Shown: positions 25,486 through 34,837 of the stretch, in pieces | Layout of the letters: the number at the start of each line of letters is the position of its first letter | How positions within the stretch are numbered: the stretch's first letter is position 1 | NCBI GenBank assembly: GCA_027023445.1 | Contig: JALVVK010000001.1 | Span: 10,964-74,963, forward strand | Source: Deltaproteobacteria bacterium | GTDB taxonomy: Bacteria; Desulfobacterota; Dissulfuribacteria; Dissulfuribacterales; JALVPX01 | DNA length: 64,000 bases | Reading direction: 5' to 3' | Notes under the pieces: model-generated | What the model was told of the DNA's origin: nothing | The model's input: only the letters and a program-made list of their open reading frames with translations | Databases searched by the model: none | Position numbers and translations under genes: made by a program

Positions 25486-26768
25486 AAGAGCTGTCCTGTC
25501 TTCTCCCGCAAGATTTTGGCTCCAACGCGGGACAATTTTTCCTCTATCTTTTCATAACCCCTGTCCAGGTGATAGACCCTGGATATGGTGGTGGTTCCCT
25601 TTGCCGCGAGACCGGCGAGAACCAGGCAGGCGCTTGCCCTAAGGTCCGTGGCCATGACCGGCGCGCCCTTCAAGTCTTTAACTCCCTTGATTATGGCGGA
25701 TCTGCCCTCAACATTTATATTTGCCCCTAAGCGCCTCAGCTCAGCCACATGCATGAAGCGGTTTTCAAAGATTGTTTCGGTAATGACGCTTAATCCCCCG
25801 CTGAGCGCCATGAGCACCATTATCTGGGCCTGAAGATCCGTGGGAAATCCGGGATAAGGCGCTGTTTTTATGTCCACGCTTTTGAGTTGTCCTTTTTTGG
25901 AGACCGATATGGAGCGTCCACTGATATCTATCTTAAGGCCCGTGCTCCTGAGTTTGGATATTACGGCCTGGAGGTGATCCGGCATGCAACCATCAAGAAT
26001 AAGCTCTCCGCCCGAAGCGCCCACGGCCATCATGAAGGTGCCTGTCTCTATCCGGTCCGGCATGATCTCCCAGTCTACCGGGGACAAGTCATCAACTCCC
26101 TCGATGGTAAGGGTGTCTGAGCCCAGTCCCCTGATTTTCGCCCCCATCTTGTTCAGCATCTCTCCCAGGGAGACGATCTCAGGCTCTCTGGCGGCGTTCT
26201 TGATGATGGTGGTGCCCTTTGCAAGAGAGGCTGCCATCATGAGATTCTCCGTGCCGGTTACAGAGGGGATATCAAGATATATCTGTGCCCCTTTCAGCCT
26301 CCTTGCTTTTGCATCCACATAACCTTCCCGCAATTTAAGCCTTGCGCCCATAAGCTCAAGCCCCTTTAAATGCAGGTCTATGGGCCTTGCGCCAATGGCG
26401 CATCCCCCGGGAAGGGAGACCCTTGCCCTGCCTGACCTGGCAAGCAGCGGTCCCAGTACCAGGATCGAGGCCCTCATTGTACGCACAAGGTCGTATGGGG
26501 CCTCATAGCTTTTGAGGCTTGTGGAGTCCACTTCAAGGACAGGCGCGTTCCGATCGGTGGAGGCGTCAGTTTCTTCAATAGTTACCCCAAGATCGGTAAG
26601 GAGTCTTTTAAAGGTATAAATATCCCTGAGCCGGGGAAGGTTACGGATGGAAAAGGTGCCTCCCGTGAGAAGGGTGGCAGCCAGTACGGGCAGCGCGGCA
26701 TTTTTTGCGCCGCTCACCCGTATATTGCCTCTCAGGCGGTGCCCGCCTTCTATTGTCAGTTGATCCAT
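25482..26768 (-). CDS. murA: UDP-N-acetylglucosamine 1-carboxyvinyltransferase
   Basis: 428 aa; [31 protein letters not shown], active-site [23 protein letters not shown]. Confidence 0.9.
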   Translation of the reverse strand: MDQLTIEGGHRLRGNIRVSGAKNAALPVLAATLLTGGTFSIRNLPRLRDIYTFKRLLTDLGVTIEETDASTDRNAPVLEVDSTSLKSYEAPYDLVRTMRASILVLGPLLARSGRARVSLPGGCAIGARPIDLHLKGLELMGARLKLREGYVDAKARRLKGAQIYLDIPSVTGTENLMMAASLAKGTTIIKNAAREPEIVSLGEMLNKMGAKIRGLGSDTLTIEGVDDLSPVDWEIMPDRIETGTFMMAVGASGGELILDGCMPDHLQAVISKLRSTGLKIDISGRSISVSKKGQLKSVDIKTAPYPGFPTDLQAQIMVLMALSGGLSVITETIFENRFMHVAELRRLGANINVEGRSAIIKGVKDLKGAPVMATDLRASACLVLAGLAAKGTTTISRVYHLDRGYEKIEEKLSRVGAKILREKTGQLF

Positions 26769-26792
26769 ATATGAACTCGATCCGGGGGCGCC

Positions 26793-29366
26793 TTACCTTG
26801 GCGCCTTGCCCTTGTGCCAGATATATACTATGGGGCTTGCTACAAACACCGAGGAGTAGGTTCCCACTATGACCCCTATCATGAGGGCAAAGGCGAAATC
26901 ATGGATAACCACCCCGCCCAGGAAGAACAGGCACAGTATAACAAAAAGAGTGGTCAGAGACGTGATGACGGTGCGGCTCAACATCTCATTTACGCTTTTG
27001 TTGATTATTTCCGCAAAAGACAGTTTTCTTTGCTTCCGCATATTTTCCCTTATACGGTCAAAGACAACCACCGTGTCCGTAAGGGAGTAACCCGCGAGAG
27101 TCAGAAGCGCGGTCACGATAAGCAAGGTGATTTCCTTGTTGAAGATATAAAACATGCCAAGGACCGCGAGTACATCATGGAAGGTGGCTATGGCGGCCGC
27201 TACACCGAAACTGAGATTAAACCTGAAGGCAAGGTAGCCGATTATGCCCGCAAGGGATATGGCGATGGCGAGCATCGCCTTGTTTCTGAGTTCCCCGCTT
27301 ACCTGTGATCCAATCTCCGCCTTGCTTTCCATGGTGAACTTCAACCCGGGAAGCCCTTGCTTCAGGGCCTTGCTTATGGTGGTTTCGACATCGGTCACTG
27401 TGGCAACCGACCGTTTGACCCTTATGATGAACATATTCTGCCCGGGGATATCCTGAAGGCTGTAACCCTTTATGCCCGCCTGGTTGAGCACCTGTCTTAC
27501 TTTACCCAGCTTGAAGGGTTTATCGGCCTTGTAATAGACCATGGTCCCGCCTGAAAAATCCACTCCCAGGTTGGCTGCGCCGCGCGAAATCTGGATAAAG
27601 GCCACGATACCCATAGCTACCAGTACGCCGGAGATGGCAAAGGCTATCTTTCTAAGGCCTATAAAGTCGAAATTGGTTTTTTTGACGACCTGCAGGAAGG
27701 TAAGATCCTTCAGGAGCCTTTTTGACAGCATCCAGTCGTATACCATCCTGGTGCCGAAAATAGCGGTAAAGAGGTTGATTATGATGCCGGCAGACAGGGT
27801 AACGGCAAAACCCTTTATGGGGCCTGTGCCGAAGAGAAACAGGGCCATGGCCGTGATAAGCGTGGTTACGTGGGCGTCAACAATAGTCCAGAATGCCTTG
27901 TCATAACCCCCGTCGATAAAGGCCTTAAGCGGTTTGCCAAGCGCCTTTTCTTCTCTCATTCGCTCGAATATAAGCACGTTTGAATCCACGCCCATGCCGA
28001 TGGTAAGAATTATACCGGCGATACCTGGCAGGGTCAGGGTGGCATGGAACAGGGAGAGTACCGCCATGAGGAACAGAAGGTTCAGGATCATGGCTATGTC
28101 GGCCACAAGACCGGAAAACATGTAATAGATGATCATGAACACGATTACTACTGCCGCACCCAGCAGGCCTGAATACAATCCCCTCTGGATAGAGTCCTTG
28201 CCAAGGGAGGGGCCCACGGTGACGTTTTGAATGATCTTGACCGGGGCAGGCAGGGCACCAGCCCTCAGAACGATGGCGAGGTCAGATGCCTCTTCATGGG
28301 TGAATGATCCTGTGATCTGTGCGTGGCCGCCGCCGATTCTTTCCCGGATTACCGGGGCGGAACGGACAACTCCATCAAGGATGATGGCCAGACGTTTGCC
28401 CACGTTTTCCCCTGTAATTTTTTCAAACAGCTTTGCGCCCCTGTCTGTGAATTCAAGGGCCACATAGGGTTCATTGTACGTCCCTCCGATGCGGACATGC
28501 GCTGTTTTGACCGCGTCTCCTGTCATGAGGACCTTATCCTTTAAAAGGATGGGGCGTTTAATTATCCTGCCTGTTTTTGAATCCATGTCCTTCAGGAAAT
28601 ATATGCGGTCTCCGCTGGGGATCTGGCCTTTGAGGGCCTCATTAATGGCCTTGATGTCATTCGCGTTGGTCAGCCTTCCGTCTTCAATGGCTTTGCGGAT
28701 AAGCGCGTTGAGATCTAAGCCTGCATCATCATCCACCAGCTTGAACTCCAGCTGAGCGGTCTGCCCGATGAGTTTAAGGGCCCTCTTGGGATCCTTTACG
28801 CCTGGAAGCTGTACGACTATCTCGTTTTTCCCCTGGCGTACAATTACGGGTTCGGTAACTCCAAATTGGTCTATCCGGTTGCGGATAATCTCAAGGGACT
28901 GATCAACTGAATTTTCTTCTATGAATTTACGTTCCTTCTGTGCGAGTGCCAGGGTAATAACAGGGAAATTCGTATTGTCCTTAACATTAACCAGCTCCAG
29001 GTTGGGAAAATTTTCCTCCAGAACCTGTTTCACCTTGTCCAGTGCAGATTTGTTGGGCAGGGCAAAAACCACCTGGTCAGGGACCTGGCTTTTTCTCCTC
29101 ACAAGGGTGATATGTTTCTCGGCCATCGTGTCTTTGAGATCCCTTGCCGCGAGATTCGTGGCATTCTCTATGGCCTTTTCCACGTCAACCTTGAGAATAA
29201 GATTCATGCCTCCCTGGAGATCCAGGCCGAGCTTGAGCCCCTGGCTGTATACGTATTTCTTGAACCACTGGGGCGTGCCTTTATAAAAGGCCGGGAGCAC
29301 AAGGATAACGGATAAAATGATGAGCGATATCATCAATGCGAATTTCCAGCGCAGTCCTTTAGGCAT
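26793..29366 (-). CDS. secDF: protein translocase subunit SecDF (fusion)
   Basis: SecD periplasmic domain with LGLDLQGG, followed by 12 TM segments with the duplicated SecD/SecF motif. I prefer the ATG at 29366 (MPKGLRWKF), which is preceded by GGAGAAGGA, over the track start at 29423. Confidence 0.85.
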   Translation of the reverse strand: MPKGLRWKFALMISLIILSVILVLPAFYKGTPQWFKKYVYSQGLKLGLDLQGGMNLILKVDVEKAIENATNLAARDLKDTMAEKHITLVRRKSQVPDQVVFALPNKSALDKVKQVLEENFPNLELVNVKDNTNFPVITLALAQKERKFIEENSVDQSLEIIRNRIDQFGVTEPVIVRQGKNEIVVQLPGVKDPKRALKLIGQTAQLEFKLVDDDAGLDLNALIRKAIEDGRLTNANDIKAINEALKGQIPSGDRIYFLKDMDSKTGRIIKRPILLKDKVLMTGDAVKTAHVRIGGTYNEPYVALEFTDRGAKLFEKITGENVGKRLAIILDGVVRSAPVIRERIGGGHAQITGSFTHEEASDLAIVLRAGALPAPVKIIQNVTVGPSLGKDSIQRGLYSGLLGAAVVIVFMIIYYMFSGLVADIAMILNLLFLMAVLSLFHATLTLPGIAGIILTIGMGVDSNVLIFERMREEKALGKPLKAFIDGGYDKAFWTIVDAHVTTLITAMALFLFGTGPIKGFAVTLSAGIIINLFTAIFGTRMVYDWMLSKRLLKDLTFLQVVKKTNFDFIGLRKIAFAISGVLVAMGIVAFIQISRGAANLGVDFSGGTMVYYKADKPFKLGKVRQVLNQAGIKGYSLQDIPGQNMFIIRVKRSVATVTDVETTISKALKQGLPGLKFTMESKAEIGSQVSGELRNKAMLAIAISLAGIIGYLAFRFNLSFGVAAAIATFHDVLAVLGMFYIFNKEITLLIVTALLTLAGYSLTDTVVVFDRIRENMRKQRKLSFAEIINKSVNEMLSRTVITSLTTLFVILCLFFLGGVVIHDFAFALMIGVIVGTYSSVFVASPIVYIWHKGKAPR

Positions 29367-29666
29367 AGTTTCCTTCTCCCTGAAATTGTGAATGATTTTA
29401 AATGTCGCCCTTTTTCTGGGCATGCCTGTCGGCTAATTTTAAAAATACTTCCAAAACAAATTCTTTTAGTAAAATACTCAGGACTTGGCAAGACCTGAGT
29501 CTGTCCGGAATCCAGGGAAACTAATTCCCATCACATAGGCAAACAATTCCCCGGGGCCTTATAGTTCCCTTGGGAAATCCGGATAAACTGTTTTTACGCT
29601 TCATGAACTATCTGTTTTCCCAGAAGAAATATTTTTGGGCCCAGGCGCTTCCTTGCTTGGGGGCAA

Positions 29667-29682
29667 AGGCACGCGTATTGCG
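29667..29682 (+). promoter_or_regulatory. sigma54 (-24/-12) promoter upstream of fliK-flgD-flgE
   Basis: aGGCACGcgtaTTGCg matches TGGCACG-N4-TTGCW at every position except the first T. It lies about 50 nt upstream of the fliK ATG. Confidence 0.6.
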
Positions 29683-29731
29683 TAAAAAAAACGGCGAAAG
29701 AGGTGTGATAACAGAAAAGGAGTCTCTTGTA

Positions 29732-31504
29732 ATGAATTTCACCCTCCTTATAAATGATGCTGGACCTGCCGTACAGATGCCAGGCATCCAGGCAAAGGCG
29801 TCCGGCAGCCTGGTCCGGCAGCCGGGAAAATCCGCCTTCAGGGCGGTGCTGAGACAGGTGGGCCAGGAACACGGGCATTTTGCCTCGTCCCAGATCCGGG
29901 CGCTGGATGGGGAAGGAAAGATAATTCCGGGCCAGGTGACGGCATCTGAGGCTCAAAAACTTCTTGTCAAGATACAGGGGCTTCTTTCCTCAATCAAGGG
30001 TTCTGGGCTCGTTGCCGGTAAGGTAGATCCTGCAATTGAGAAGGATCTGATATCAAAATTGAAGGAGTTGCTCGGCGGTGACGGGCAGGCAGAGGTAAAT
30101 GCCGACCTGATGTCCCTTCTGGCGGCGCTTACAGGCATTCAGCGGGAATCCGGATCTACTTCCTTCTGCCTTAATGCCGGGCGTGGAAATCCTGATGATC
30201 TCCAGGTCCTCCTGGAAGATATTTCCAGGGGGTTTTTGAGTTGTGCCGGGGCGGGAGATAAAAACAGGTCCCTTGCCGCCAAGAGGCGTATCCAGGCGAA
30301 TAATAAGAACCAGGTTTTCAGTTTTGGAGGCGGGAAGAGTGTCCTTTCGGGCGGTAAAAAAGGGGAGCAGGGAGCGGATATTCAGAAGCAAAAGGCGGCG
30401 GCGGAGAAAATAAAGTCCGGAGACAGGGGGGCCGCGTCCATGGAGAGTGCGGACAAGACAGATTTCCCTTTCCCTGGTCCATTTTCAGTGGATGAAATGC
30501 AAAGAAAACAGATTTCAGGCTTTTCGGGTCTGAAAAAAGGATCAAAAAAAGAATCCCAAAAGCGGGATGTGACGCCTGCTTTAAAGGACAGGGGGGCGCT
30601 GCATAAACATTTCCGGTCAGGGCAACCCCAGGTTGCCGACGGGATCCGGTATGCGAAGCAGGAGGCGAAGATACATAGGGACAATAAAGGGGAAAGTGGC
30701 AGCCCCCAGTCTTCTTCTGGTGTTGCGGAACAGGTTACAAGCAGGATGTATGGCAATTCCGCAACGCCGAGGCCGGGCAAAAAGGCGGCGCACGGCCCGG
30801 GCAGGCCGGTAACGGTAAGACACTCCGGTCCTGAGGAGAAGGGTATGGATAGCGGGTTAAATACGCCGCTGAAACCCGGAGGCGCGGAGATAAGGGAAAA
30901 AAGTCCTTTGTGGAAGGCCTCCGGCCATGCGGCGCCTGTGTCAGCGGATGTAAATCCGGGTCATATGGGGCATCAGGTTCATTCCGGCATAAATGATGTT
31001 TCTATACCCGGCTCCATGAATGTCTCCCCTTCCCTGGCAGCGGCTGGCCCGGTGATTGAAAAAATCCATGAAAATAACACCTTGAGAACAGAGGTAATAA
31101 CCCAGTTAAAACATACCATGTTGGGTGCCATGAACATGAACCGGAACCGGGCGGTGTTACAACTGCATCCGCCGGAACTCGGCAGCGTGCGAATAGAGAT
31201 AACGGTTCACCAGCAGGGCGAGATCCACGCGAGTTTTTTGGCGGGCACTCACGAAGTAAAACATATTATCCAGGCAGGGTTGAATGATCTGCGGGACCAG
31301 CTTTCAAGCAATGGATTCCATCTTGGAAGTTGCAATGTTGATGTAAGCGGACAGGGCGCGGAACAGCAGGCACAGAAAAACTGGGACGGGCCTGTTTTCC
31401 CTACTGTAGGGCATCGTGCGGAACAGCAGTCGGATGGGCCTATCTTTACATCCAGGGCCGCTTCGGCATCAGGACATAAGGCTGGCGTACATATTGTGGT
31501 GTAA
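29732..31504 (+). CDS. fliK: flagellar hook-length control protein FliK
   Basis: Low-complexity Ser/Gly/Lys/Pro-rich centre and a C-terminal Flg_hook domain (AVLQLHPPELGSVRIEITVHQQGEIHASFLAGTHEVKHIIQAGLNDLRDQL). ATG 29732 is preceded by AAAGGAG; the longer 29570 start in the track spans the sigma54 promoter. Confidence 0.75.
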   Translation: MNFTLLINDAGPAVQMPGIQAKASGSLVRQPGKSAFRAVLRQVGQEHGHFASSQIRALDGEGKIIPGQVTASEAQKLLVKIQGLLSSIKGSGLVAGKVDPAIEKDLISKLKELLGGDGQAEVNADLMSLLAALTGIQRESGSTSFCLNAGRGNPDDLQVLLEDISRGFLSCAGAGDKNRSLAAKRRIQANNKNQVFSFGGGKSVLSGGKKGEQGADIQKQKAAAEKIKSGDRGAASMESADKTDFPFPGPFSVDEMQRKQISGFSGLKKGSKKESQKRDVTPALKDRGALHKHFRSGQPQVADGIRYAKQEAKIHRDNKGESGSPQSSSGVAEQVTSRMYGNSATPRPGKKAAHGPGRPVTVRHSGPEEKGMDSGLNTPLKPGGAEIREKSPLWKASGHAAPVSADVNPGHMGHQVHSGINDVSIPGSMNVSPSLAAAGPVIEKIHENNTLRTEVITQLKHTMLGAMNMNRNRAVLQLHPPELGSVRIEITVHQQGEIHASFLAGTHEVKHIIQAGLNDLRDQLSSNGFHLGSCNVDVSGQGAEQQAQKNWDGPVFPTVGHRAEQQSDGPIFTSRAASASGHKAGVHIVV

Positions 31505-31527
31505 TTTTTTTGCAATGCGAGGTTAAA

Positions 31528-32208
31528 ATGATTTCAGGCACAGGAGCGTCATCACCTCAACAGACCCAGGACAATGGGATTAAGTTTGTGTCGCCGGAAA
31601 AACATGCAAGTCTGACAAAGGATGATTTCATGAAGCTGTTTGTGACCCAGCTTCAGTATCAGGATCCCATGAATCCCATGAATTCGGCTGATATGTCTTC
31701 ACAAATAGCCCAGTTCAACATGGTTGATCTCATGTACAAGAACAACGATGCCATGAAACAGCTCGTGGAATCGGATCAATCCAGGACAAGGCTTGAGGCG
31801 GTTTCCTACCTTGGACATGAGGTGCGTTACAAGGGAAATGAGCTACAGGTTACAAAGGACGGCCCGCTTCCCTTTGATATAAAAAATACCGATCCGGTCG
31901 CGTCCTGCGTAGTCACCATCAAGGACGCGAACGGCGCGCTGGTGAAGAGGTGGAACATGGGAGCTCTTTCTCCCGGGAAGCACGATCTGGGATGGGACTG
32001 CACCAATATGTCCGGGGATGCCGTTAAGCCTGGTAGCTATAAGGTAGATATAAAGGCGCTGGATAAAAAAGGAGAAAAAGTTTCGGTGACCACTTGGACA
32101 TCGGGCAAGATTTCCAGGGTGGAATATCCAGACAAAGGCCTCCCGCTTTTGTCGATTAAGGATGGCCCTGAAGTTGCGTTAAATAAAATACGGATGGTCG
32201 GTCCTTAA
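31528..32208 (+). CDS. flgD: flagellar hook assembly/capping protein FlgD
   Basis: LTKDDFMKLFVTQLQYQDPMNPM signature plus a FLgD Ig-like C-terminal domain. ATG 31528 is preceded by GAGGT. Confidence 0.85.
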   Translation: MISGTGASSPQQTQDNGIKFVSPEKHASLTKDDFMKLFVTQLQYQDPMNPMNSADMSSQIAQFNMVDLMYKNNDAMKQLVESDQSRTRLEAVSYLGHEVRYKGNELQVTKDGPLPFDIKNTDPVASCVVTIKDANGALVKRWNMGALSPGKHDLGWDCTNMSGDAVKPGSYKVDIKALDKKGEKVSVTTWTSGKISRVEYPDKGLPLLSIKDGPEVALNKIRMVGP

Positions 32209-32237
32209 ATTTTCCGGCTGGTCAAGGAGGTAGATAA

Positions 32238-34325
32238 ATGGGGCTTACAAGTTCGCTTTATTCCGGTGTTAGCGGCCTGGTTAACATGGGAACCGCAATG
32301 CAGGTTATTGGCGATAATATCTCAAATGTGAATACTACTGGTTTTAAGGCATCGAACGCTACCTTTCAGGACATAATGGCTCAGTCCATAAATACCGCCA
32401 GGGGAGGATCTCAGGTGGGCAGGGGCTCATCAATAGCGGATGTCAGCCCGCTTTTTACCCAGGGGTCCTTTGAGAGCACCTCTTCCCCTTTGGATCTTGC
32501 CATTGCCGGAAACGGTTTTTTCATGGTTACAAACCCAAAAATGGAAAACAGCCAGTATTTTACCCGGGCGGGGCAGTTTCATCTCGATCAGTATGGATAT
32601 ATGGTAAATCCCGCCGGAATGCGGGCACAGGGCTGGGCAATGGAGGTGCAGCCATCAGGCAACTCGGAAATCGTGGGTTCGATAAAAGACATACAGATAA
32701 CAAATTCTTCTCCCCCTGTTGCCACCTCCCAGAGTACCATAGCAGTGAACCTTGATAGCCGGACAACAAGTCCGGTGGATGCGAGAAGCCTTGAAAAGGC
32801 CTGGATCCAGAAAGCAGGAACCCTTTCCCCGAACGTGGACTATGAATACAAAACTACCCTGAATGTCTATGACAGCCTTGGCAATGTCCATGAACTCACC
32901 GTGTTTTTTGACAAGGCGCAGGGTGAACGGGAATGGGAATTCCTGGTAACCATGCCGCAGGATGAGGACAAGAATATCTTCGCAACTATGCCAAAAGCCG
33001 CTCCGGATGACCGCGGCCTCCTCATGAGGGGATACATACATTTTACCCCGCAGGGTAATATAGACAGCATATACAGTAAATATTGCCCGGGAATAGGTGA
33101 TATAGACCAGACGATAAGCGGAACTCCGTCGGCCAACTATGCGAACACCAAGTTTTATGCCTCAGCCAGCACCACTGAACTCAAATTCAGGATAGAGGAT
33201 ATTGAGGATCTGCCTGCCGCGCCTGAAATGGACAGCACCACGGGAGATTATGTGCTGACCGACAAGCCCTCCGTTTACCTGGACAATGATGGAGACGGCT
33301 CAGGTGATGACCAGTATTATATCGTTGCTTACGATCCATCCACACAAGAGATAACTCTCACGGATAATGCCGATCCTGCTTCAGCTGATGCCTTCATCGC
33401 CAAGCTGACCACTTCCAACACGGAAAATGTTCAGCGTTTTGGCACCAGGGTAAATAGTTTTTACGACCCGTCAGGCCCCAGTACCCTTACCCTGGATGAT
33501 ACCATAGGCAACGAACTCGAACTGGATACGCTGTATAAAATTGATCCAGAGGATGAGACCACCTACGCTCATTTTCTTTCCGGAGGCGATCCCTATACTG
33601 TAACCTCGTTTGACTATGATAATATGACCGCAGTGGTGCGCAATGATACCACCCTTGCGGAAACTACCTATTCTATCCGTTCATCTGATATCCAGGGGGA
33701 CTGGTTTGATGCCTCGTATGGTGACCATAATTACCCGGAGTTGAAGGCCTATTTCCTGCCTCCTTCGGGCTCCGTCGAGCAGACCACGGGATGGGATACA
33801 TCTTCCCAGCTTATTGAGATTAATTTTGGCGCGTCTCCGGATACCGTGACGCGAAACAGTGACGGAAGTTTTACCGTATCTCCCAACTGGAATTCCGAGG
33901 CAATAACCACTACCCAGTACGCGAACAGGTCCAGTACGCTGTTTTATGATCAGAACGGATTTGGTCCGGGTTTCCTTGAATCTGTTAATGTTGACTCGGA
34001 AGGGGTTATCTCCGGCCATTATTCCAATGGACGTATTATTGAATTGGCACAGTTGGCCCTCGCACGTTTCAGCAGCCCCACTGACCTTTCCAAGGAAGGC
34101 GGAAACCTGTGGGCGGAGACCACTTCTTCAGGTACGCCCGTCACCGGTCCTCCGAGAACCAATGGCCTTGGTTCCATTGCGGCGAACGCGCTCGAGCAAT
34201 CTACCGTGGATATGGGTACGGAATTCGTTAAACTCATAACCACCCAGCGGGCCTTTCAGGCCAACTCCAAGGTTATTACCACTACGGATAACATGCTAAA
34301 TGATCTTATCAACATGAAACGGTAG
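32238..34325 (+). CDS. flgE: flagellar hook protein FlgE (large form, 695 aa)
   Basis: N-terminal SGLVNMGTAMQVIGDNISNVNTTGFK and C-terminal GSIAANALEQSTVDMGTEFVKLITTQRAFQANSKVITT rod/hook motifs, with a long acidic insertion between them. Confidence 0.9.
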   Translation: MGLTSSLYSGVSGLVNMGTAMQVIGDNISNVNTTGFKASNATFQDIMAQSINTARGGSQVGRGSSIADVSPLFTQGSFESTSSPLDLAIAGNGFFMVTNPKMENSQYFTRAGQFHLDQYGYMVNPAGMRAQGWAMEVQPSGNSEIVGSIKDIQITNSSPPVATSQSTIAVNLDSRTTSPVDARSLEKAWIQKAGTLSPNVDYEYKTTLNVYDSLGNVHELTVFFDKAQGEREWEFLVTMPQDEDKNIFATMPKAAPDDRGLLMRGYIHFTPQGNIDSIYSKYCPGIGDIDQTISGTPSANYANTKFYASASTTELKFRIEDIEDLPAAPEMDSTTGDYVLTDKPSVYLDNDGDGSGDDQYYIVAYDPSTQEITLTDNADPASADAFIAKLTTSNTENVQRFGTRVNSFYDPSGPSTLTLDDTIGNELELDTLYKIDPEDETTYAHFLSGGDPYTVTSFDYDNMTAVVRNDTTLAETTYSIRSSDIQGDWFDASYGDHNYPELKAYFLPPSGSVEQTTGWDTSSQLIEINFGASPDTVTRNSDGSFTVSPNWNSEAITTTQYANRSSTLFYDQNGFGPGFLESVNVDSEGVISGHYSNGRIIELAQLALARFSSPTDLSKEGGNLWAETTSSGTPVTGPPRTNGLGSIAANALEQSTVDMGTEFVKLITTQRAFQANSKVITTTDNMLNDLINMKR

Positions 34326-34390
34326 TCCCGGACAGCGTTTTTCCCTTTTTCCGGAACGCACCTTTTATAGATACAGGGTTTATTTTTGTA

Positions 34391-34423
34391 GCCCCATGCG
34401 CCGAAAGGCGCATGGGGCTTTTG
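34391..34423 (+). terminator. rho-independent terminator after flgE
   Basis: Perfect 12-bp stem gccccatgcgcc-gaaa-ggcgcatggggc followed by tttt. Confidence 0.8.
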
Positions 34424-34677
34424 GCATGCTACTAAAGCAGTACCGCATGTCCGGATGGTATGCCATGCTGATGTTGAATCAAAATTGTGGCACGCAACCA
34501 GCCATTCCTTCCGACAACAAGGAAATTAAACGATTATCCCTGATTATGCGCTTCAAATGTCTGAAGAAAATAATTTCATTGAATTATTACATGGTTAGCA
34601 TGTGTTTGTTCCCGTTGTGCCTTCACCCAAAAGGTGAAGTTCAATCCATGATAAATCCTCAGGCATTTGAAGCCGCA

Positions 34678-34795
34678 AGGGGCTCTCAAGTTTACCGAAT
34701 CTGCTGCGTTGTCGGGCAGTTGAAGTACCAAAGTACGTCTGTGTGCCCTTCGCCTCGCATCTTCGGCAAACTTGCGAACTGCATAATCCGGGATT
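34678..34795 (+). repeat. ~120-nt structured dispersed repeat (family R4, copy 2)
   Basis: Aligns with 11195-11312 (ggggctctcaagtttaccgaatctgctgcgttgtcg...ggcaaacttgcgaactgcataatccggg). Confidence 0.6.
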
Positions 34796-34837
34796 ATGTT
34801 AAGCAATTGTTGGATAAGAGTGTTAATAAACTGGAAT

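Noticed and set aside
29570-29731. Upstream extension of fliK (track ORF start at 29570).
   Set aside because: It would place a near-consensus sigma54 promoter (29667-29682) inside the coding region. The ATG at 29732 has a strong ribosome-binding site, and the extension has no FliK-like sequence.
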